In this document: one piece after another, positions 7,075 through 11,662 of the stretch
How the letters are laid out: each line of letters opens with the position of its first letter
Numbering within the stretch: position 1 is the stretch's first letter
NCBI GenBank assembly: GCA_018304175.1
Contig: JAGVWT010000004.1
Coordinates: 1-11,662 of the forward strand
DNA length: 11,662 nt
DNA from: Candidatus Pacearchaeota archaeon
Lineage (GTDB): Archaea > Nanobdellota > Nanobdellia > Pacearchaeales > GW2011-AR1
Direction of reading: 5' to 3'
Position numbers and translations under genes: made by a program
Notes under the pieces: model-generated
What the model was told of the DNA's origin: nothing
The model's database searches: none
The model's input: the letters and a program-made list of their open reading frames with translations, nothing else

Positions 7075-7464
7075 ATGGAAAAAAAGGGGCAGATTCTTGC
7101 TGAAAACATTATTTTCATAGTGCTGAATTTAATTTTTATCTCAATGCTTATGCTTTTTGTTTTTTCTAAGGCTGGCGGTGAAGCAGTACTCGAGGAGAAA
7201 TATTCAAAACAAATTGCTTTGATAGTTGATTCTGCAAAACCCGGAATGCAGATTTTTCTTGATATGGAAGATGCAATAAAAAAGGCGGAAGGCAATGGAA
7301 TTAATGGAGAAATAGTTTTTATCGAAGGGAATCTGGTAACTGTAAAACTAAGGGATAAAGGACAATATTCATATTCTTTTTTTAATGATGTTGATGCGAC
7401 TGTATACATTGACAGAGAAAATAAAAAATATGTGATAACGATAAATGAAAAACAAAATGAATAA
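7075..7464 (+). CDS. Pilin-like protein, class III signal peptide
   Basis: MEKKG|QILAENIIFIVLNLIFISMLMLFVF followed by a beta-rich tail. Confidence 0.85.
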   Translation: MEKKGQILAENIIFIVLNLIFISMLMLFVFSKAGGEAVLEEKYSKQIALIVDSAKPGMQIFLDMEDAIKKAEGNGINGEIVFIEGNLVTVKLRDKGQYSYSFFNDVDATVYIDRENKKYVITINEKQNE

Positions 7465-7975
7465 AAAAAATAAAATCGGAGCGGACAAAATAATTTCTGT
7501 TTACTGGTTTGTGATACTGTTTATTGTTGCTGGTGCAATAGTGTATATGGTTGCTGTATTTTATGGAAACCCTTTTGATGTTAGAGAATTTGAAGCTGGA
7601 ATAATGATAAACAAGGTTGCTGATTGCATTTCTGAAAACGGAAAATTAAAATACGAATTAACAGAAGAGTTAAAAGAAAATTTCATGGACGAATGCAAAT
7701 TAAATTTTGAAACAGAGTTTGAATCTGCTGGAGAATATTATTTGGAAGTTGGTTTTTATGAGTTTGAAATCTATCCAAATAACCCTCTGAATTTCACTAT
7801 TGTCGAAGGGAACATTAATCTAAAAAACACATATCTTGATACTCGGGGGGAAACAAATTCAATTGCTTATTCAATGAAGTCATTTTACGTTCTGCAAACC
7901 GAAGGAGAAAATCAAAACGAATTAGTTATTGAAATTCTTTCAATAGTTGGAAAGGAGGGTAAGAATGTTAAATAA
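7457..7975 (+). CDS. Pilin-like protein, probable class III signal peptide
   Basis: MNKKNKIG|ADKIISVYWFVILFIVAGAIVYMVAVFY, with two Cys. Overlaps the upstream stop. An alternative start is at 7445. Confidence 0.75.
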   Translation: MNKKNKIGADKIISVYWFVILFIVAGAIVYMVAVFYGNPFDVREFEAGIMINKVADCISENGKLKYELTEELKENFMDECKLNFETEFESAGEYYLEVGFYEFEIYPNNPLNFTIVEGNINLKNTYLDTRGETNSIAYSMKSFYVLQTEGENQNELVIEILSIVGKEGKNVK

Positions 7976-8456
7976 AAAGGCACAAATAGGAGACACAATT
8001 ACTTGGGTAGTTGCAACTGTAATTATTGTGGTCGTAATTACAATATCCATTTTGGCGACGAATTTTGTTTTAACCGATAGAAATATTGTCTTTTTAGCTG
8101 ACAGGCAAAAAGATTTCGTCGCGACAAAATCTGTTACGAGTTTTTTTTATAACAATAAAAATGTTGAACTTATGAATTCCGGGAATGAATTATTTTATGT
8201 TAGAGTTAACAAAACCATTTATCCAATTCCTGCTAAAGATTATTATGAACACGGGATTGGGGGATGGAATTTTGAAGTTTATGCTGGAGAAGAAAAAATT
8301 AATGATATATTGAATTCTGTTGTGCTTAAGAAAACTAGTGATGTTGCAGTAGATAGATTCTCACGTGCTAATCCTTCCTTTGAAACTATTTTTTATAATG
8401 GAAATTCTAAACTTAGATTTTGGGCAGAGTGTTCTTCAGGAGGCACATGCAGATGA
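7965..8456 (+). CDS. Pilin-like protein, class III signal peptide
   Basis: MLNKKA|QIGDTITWVVATVIIVVVITISILA. An SD-like GGAGGGT at 7954-7960 supports ATG 7965 over TTG 7947. Confidence 0.85.
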   Translation: MLNKKAQIGDTITWVVATVIIVVVITISILATNFVLTDRNIVFLADRQKDFVATKSVTSFFYNNKNVELMNSGNELFYVRVNKTIYPIPAKDYYEHGIGGWNFEVYAGEEKINDILNSVVLKKTSDVAVDRFSRANPSFETIFYNGNSKLRFWAECSSGGTCR

Positions 8457-8845
8457 AAATGATAAAAAACAAACATGGAGATATTCCTGTGACGATTTTG
8501 GTAATTGCAGTTATTGCAATTTTTTCTTTGACTATCTTCAGCTTTATTAAAGTCAGTAGTGATTTAAACAAAGATTTTCTTGGAATAGGATTAATTGAAA
8601 CAATGCTTTCAGTTGAGGAAGAAAATATTTTTTCTAGCACAACGGATTTCACAACAGAACATTCTTTTGTATTTGAAAAAGAAATCGTCTTAGGAATATT
8701 TAATAGAGATTATATAATTATCAGTGCTAACGAGAATTCTATCACTGGAATTTATTTTAAAGGAAAACCGGATGATTGTGGGGGGGAATGGTGGGAATTT
8801 TGGGAAGAATGTGGAGAAATAGTCAAAGTGATATATGGGAAATAG
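8453..8845 (+). CDS. Pilin-like protein, probable class III signal peptide
   Basis: MKMIKNKHG|DIPVTILVIAVIAIFSLTIFSFI. It has an ATGA overlap with the upstream stop and GGAGG at 8439-8443. Confidence 0.8.
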   Translation: MKMIKNKHGDIPVTILVIAVIAIFSLTIFSFIKVSSDLNKDFLGIGLIETMLSVEEENIFSSTTDFTTEHSFVFEKEIVLGIFNRDYIIISANENSITGIYFKGKPDDCGGEWWEFWEECGEIVKVIYGK

Positions 8846-8879
8846 CAATATTTTTAAACAACAAATCATTATTTTAAAA

Positions 8880-9329
8880 ATGAAAAAGAGCTCTGCAAGT
8901 TCATTATTTTCCCTTTCAGGAAGAAGAGGTCAGGGACTTGGAATTAACGCAGTTGTTTTGATTGTCATTGGAATCATTGTTTTGGGAATTTTGGCAGCAG
9001 GATTTATTCTTGGTTGGGGAAATTTATCAGCATTGTTTTCAGGAGGAAATATTCAAGGTGTTGTAACTTCATGCAACCTTGCCTGTGAAACGCTGAGTGT
9101 TTATGATTTTTGTACTTTACCAAGAGAGTTGAAAACTTCAGATGAAAATGATGGTAATAAAGTAACTTGTGATGATTTAGCAACATTTAAAGGACTAATA
9201 AATATTGATGGAGAAACTCTTCCAGATTATAACGGTTATGGGGTTTCGTCATGTTCTGGGGTTCAATCAAATTCCGCATGTGATGCAAAATTACAAATAG
9301 CTGGAAGCGAAAGTGTGAGTGAAGAATAA
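8880..9329 (+). CDS. Pilin-like protein, candidate major pilin
   Basis: MKKSSASSLFSLSGRRG|QGLGINAVVLIVIGIIVLGILAAGFILGWGNL, with Cys pairs (CNLAC, DFC, TC). TTTTTAAA at 8851-8858 suggests its own promoter and favours ATG 8880 over 8835. The major-pilin role is an inference. Confidence 0.8.
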   Translation: MKKSSASSLFSLSGRRGQGLGINAVVLIVIGIIVLGILAAGFILGWGNLSALFSGGNIQGVVTSCNLACETLSVYDFCTLPRELKTSDENDGNKVTCDDLATFKGLINIDGETLPDYNGYGVSSCSGVQSNSACDAKLQIAGSESVSEE

Positions 9330-9351
9330 TTAAATTAAAAATTTCTAAAAA

Positions 9352-9465
9352 ATGTCTGATGATTATGCTTATTCAGGGAAGAGAAATAAGGCTAAGGATA
9401 AAAGAAAGAACAAGAAGAAACATCCTTACAAAAAAGGCGGAAGACAAAGGAGTATGAATGTTTAA
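9352..9465 (+). CDS. 37-aa highly basic hypothetical peptide (missed by the ORF track)
   Basis: MSDDYAYSGKRNKAKDKRKNKKKHPYKKGGRQRSMNV*, with 14 K/R. Purine-rich, coding-like composition between AT-rich spacers, followed by a T-run. Confidence 0.6.
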   Translation: MSDDYAYSGKRNKAKDKRKNKKKHPYKKGGRQRSMNV

Positions 9466-9662
9466 TTTTTCTAAATAAAACTTCTTATCCTGCTCGTTGT
9501 TTTTGTACTAAAAAATTGCTTCACTCCATTTCATTCTGTTCAGTTATTGATATTATCTTTAATGTATAAAACCAGATTTATGTTAATATCTAAAGAAAAT
9601 CTTGAACTTAGTGGGTGAATTATAAGCGAGCACTTCAATGCGAGCGTTTCATATTTTAGAGT

Positions 9663-9673
9663 AATTTTATAAA
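9663..9673 (+). promoter_or_regulatory. TATA-like promoter of the prepilin peptidase gene
   Basis: TTTATAAA at 9666-9673, starting 29 nt before ATG 9695. Confidence 0.55.
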
Positions 9674-9694
9674 TTTCATTTTACTTTTTAGTTG

Positions 9695-10540
9695 ATGTAT
9701 GAAATAATTTTCCTTTCTGTTTTAGCAGTTGTGTGGCTTGTATTTGCTAGTGTTCATGACTTGAGGAAAAGAGTTGTTTTCAATTGGCTTAGTTTTTCGC
9801 TCATAATTTTTGCGTTGGGGTTCAGGTTTTTTTATTCTTTGTTCTCTGAACAGGATTTTGGATTTTTTTATCAGGGACTTATAGGACTAGGAATTTTTTT
9901 TGTTTTAGGTAATTTATTTTATTACGGGAAGTTTTTTGGAGGCGGAGACGCGAAACTAATAATTGCCCTTGGTCCTGTGATTGCCTTTTCCGAAAGCTTT
10001 TTCACTAATGTAGTTGTCTTTGCCACATTTTTTATGCTGTTTTTGTTTTCAGGAGGCTTATATGGGTTGAGTTGGAGTGTTTATTTTTATTTCAGAGACA
10101 GAAAAAAATTGAAGCCTGAATTTAAGAAACAATTCAATAAAATTAGAGTTGCTTCAATTTTTGTTATGTTTTTAGGGATTTTGATAATGGTATTCGGATT
10201 TTTTGAAGTCTTGTTTTTTTATTTTGGGGCAACGATTTTTGTTTTGCCTTATTTGTATGTTTATTCAAAAGCCATTGATGAAGTAAGTCTTGTTAAAAAC
10301 CTAGATGTTAAGAAGCTTGAAGAAGGTGACTGGTTGTACAGGGATATAAAAGTTGGTAAGAAAGTAATAAAAGCGAGCTGGGAAGGTTTAACGAAAAAAG
10401 ATATAAATGAAATAAAGAAAAAACATAAATCAGTGATGATTAGACAAGGAATTCCGTTTGTTCCTGTTTTTTTGATTAGCTTTTTGCTTTTGATTTGTGT
10501 TTGGTTTTTCCAGGTTAATATTTTTGGAGTTGTTTTTTAA
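9695..10540 (+). CDS. Prepilin/class III signal peptidase, family A24 (PibD/FlaK/EppA-like)
   Basis: Polytopic membrane protein with both catalytic aspartates: SVHDLRKRVV (GAC 9758-9760) and GGGDAKL (GAC 9947-9949). It has the archaeal-type C-terminal LEEGDWL...GIPFVPVFLISF. ATG 9695 is preferred over TTG 9692. Confidence 0.92.
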   Translation: MYEIIFLSVLAVVWLVFASVHDLRKRVVFNWLSFSLIIFALGFRFFYSLFSEQDFGFFYQGLIGLGIFFVLGNLFYYGKFFGGGDAKLIIALGPVIAFSESFFTNVVVFATFFMLFLFSGGLYGLSWSVYFYFRDRKKLKPEFKKQFNKIRVASIFVMFLGILIMVFGFFEVLFFYFGATIFVLPYLYVYSKAIDEVSLVKNLDVKKLEEGDWLYRDIKVGKKVIKASWEGLTKKDINEIKKKHKSVMIRQGIPFVPVFLISFLLLICVWFFQVNIFGVVF

Positions 10541-11188
10541 TCATGGAATTCTTTTTGGAAGCCACATTTTCTCCTTTTTTGTGATTCTTTTTTTCCTTGG
10601 TTTCCTGAAGGTTTCAGATTTTTTTTGTTTCTTTGAATCTGAAGACATTTTTATTTCTTCAACAGAAAGAAGTTTTTGCATATCTTCTAGCTCTTTTTCA
10701 CTTGCAGGATATCTTTCTGAGTTTTTGGTTTCATTTTTGTAAACTGGAATTAAGTTTATTATTTTGTGATTGAATAACGAACTTTCAAAAGAGATTACAT
10801 CTTTCGGTAAAAGTTTCTCTTTTATAATGCCTGAAATTTTTTCTCCAAAGATGTAAGTGAGTTCTGGAATTTTTTCTGTGTGATTTTTAGGAATAATTAT
10901 CACATGGCCTTTTGATATGGGGTTTATTTCCAAAACCGCAATAGAATCAGAATCTTCGTCTATTTTTGAGGATGGTATGTCTTTGAAAATTATAGAGCAA
11001 AAAACACATTTTTCATTTCCTTGAGGTTTAATGTTAAGGTCATTTCTTTTAAGGAATTCCTCTATGCCTATACTATCAAGAGATTCAATGTGTTTTTTTG
11101 CGACTTCTTTGTCGTCTCCCGACATTGAGCTTTCTATGTGCTGAAGAAGCTGTTTTCTAATTTGCTCTGCTTGTTCTTTTTCTATCAT
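10541..11188 (-). CDS. HIT-fold protein with helical N-terminal extension and degenerate histidine triad
   Basis: CVFCSII...IAVLEINPISKGHVIIIPKNH is typical HIT N-terminal sequence, but the HxHxH position reads FNHKIINLIPVY. ATG 11188 (alternative GTG 11197). Its stop abuts the peptidase stop with no gap. Confidence 0.85.
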   Translation of the reverse strand: MIEKEQAEQIRKQLLQHIESSMSGDDKEVAKKHIESLDSIGIEEFLKRNDLNIKPQGNEKCVFCSIIFKDIPSSKIDEDSDSIAVLEINPISKGHVIIIPKNHTEKIPELTYIFGEKISGIIKEKLLPKDVISFESSLFNHKIINLIPVYKNETKNSERYPASEKELEDMQKLLSVEEIKMSSDSKKQKKSETFRKPRKKRITKKEKMWLPKRIP

Positions 11189-11215
11189 AAAAGACACAGA
11201 AAAAGAAACTTTTTA

Positions 11216-11662
11216 TTATTTGTTGTTTTTACTCTTATATTTCTTCCCTTCTTGCTGATTAGTTAATCTCTTCCTCATTGCTATTAATAATGGCGGTTCT
11301 TCATAATTAGTAATGCCCCCTCTTCCAACTTGAGAAATTCTTTTCTTACTAGTGTTTGGAACATAAGGACTTTTCTTAAAATATGAAAAAAAAGATTCTA
11401 GCATTTTCTCGTCTTGCGGAAAGCCTTCTCTTTTAAGTTGCCTTCCAATATCAAACGCTGCAAGGTACCTTTTAGCACTGTAACCTGCTAAAGCAGGAGA
11501 ATCTAAAAGATAATTAATTGTTTCCTCATCTGATAATCCAGCTATTCTTCCCAATCTTTTCTTTTGTCTTATAACTCTTTCATGATCATATCCTGCAAAT
11601 TGGGGAAAACTAAGAACAGCTCTCTTAACTTTGTCTTCATTATCTCTTCCATAAATTTCTAT
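11216..11662 (-). CDS. C-terminal part of a hypothetical helical-repeat protein (mTERF-like repeat pattern), truncated by the window edge
   Basis: The frame is open from the window end rather than starting at 11554: IEIYGRDNEDKVKRAVLSFPQFAGYDHERVIRQKKRLGRIAGLSDEETINYLLDSPALAGYSAKRY... The two repeat cores are LSFPQFAGYD and LDSPALAGYS, 36 aa apart. Confidence 0.6.
   Translation of the reverse strand: MEIYGRDNEDKVKRAVLSFPQFAGYDHERVIRQKKRLGRIAGLSDEETINYLLDSPALAGYSAKRYLAAFDIGRQLKREGFPQDEKMLESFFSYFKKSPYVPNTSKKRISQVGRGGITNYEEPPLLIAMRKRLTNQQEGKKYKSKNNK

Noticed and set aside
9466-9625. Small ORF or ncRNA in the intergenic gap
   Set aside because: The minus-strand frames I checked give only very short ORFs (e.g. 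MKWSEAIF), and no tRNA-like or extended stable structure was apparent.
306-10540. Archaellum (flagellum) operon
   Set aside because: No recognisable archaellin N-terminus and no ArlH (KaiC-like), ArlF or ArlG genes, so the locus fits a pilus better.
7050-10742. ORFs 7050-7409(-), 8365-8550(+), 8413-8652(-), 9004-9186(-) and 10497-10742(+)
   Set aside because: They overlap better-supported pilin or HIT genes and show shadow-frame composition.
1-11662. CRISPR array, tRNA/rRNA, transposase, or DGR reverse transcriptase/template repeat
   Set aside because: By eye I saw no regularly spaced repeats, cloverleaf, DDE/HUH or YxDD RT motifs, and no second copy of 101-190 in the window.

Overview
AT-rich archaeal DNA, most consistent with a DPANN lineage (Pacearchaeota/Woesearchaeota-like; inferred from gene families, TATA-type promoters and class III signal peptides). 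Most of the window is a self-contained type IV pilus-like locus. It holds a VirB11/TadA/ArlI-family ATPase, broken near 2177 by an apparent deletion plus frameshift, and a 721-aa TadC/ArlJ-like membrane platform. These are followed by ten tandem pilin-like genes (three tiny ones are missing from the ORF track, and two have no class III leader) and an A24 prepilin peptidase. At the left edge is the unannotated 3' end of a gene whose last ~100 nt look like a diversity-generating retroelement (DGR) variable region: GC-rich, A-depleted and ending in GVR. No reverse transcriptase or template repeat is visible here. Also present are a divergent PNPO-like flavin-binding gene, a 37-aa basic peptide ORF, a HIT-fold protein with a degenerate histidine triad and a partial helical-repeat protein. 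No rRNA, tRNA, CRISPR array or transposase was recognised.
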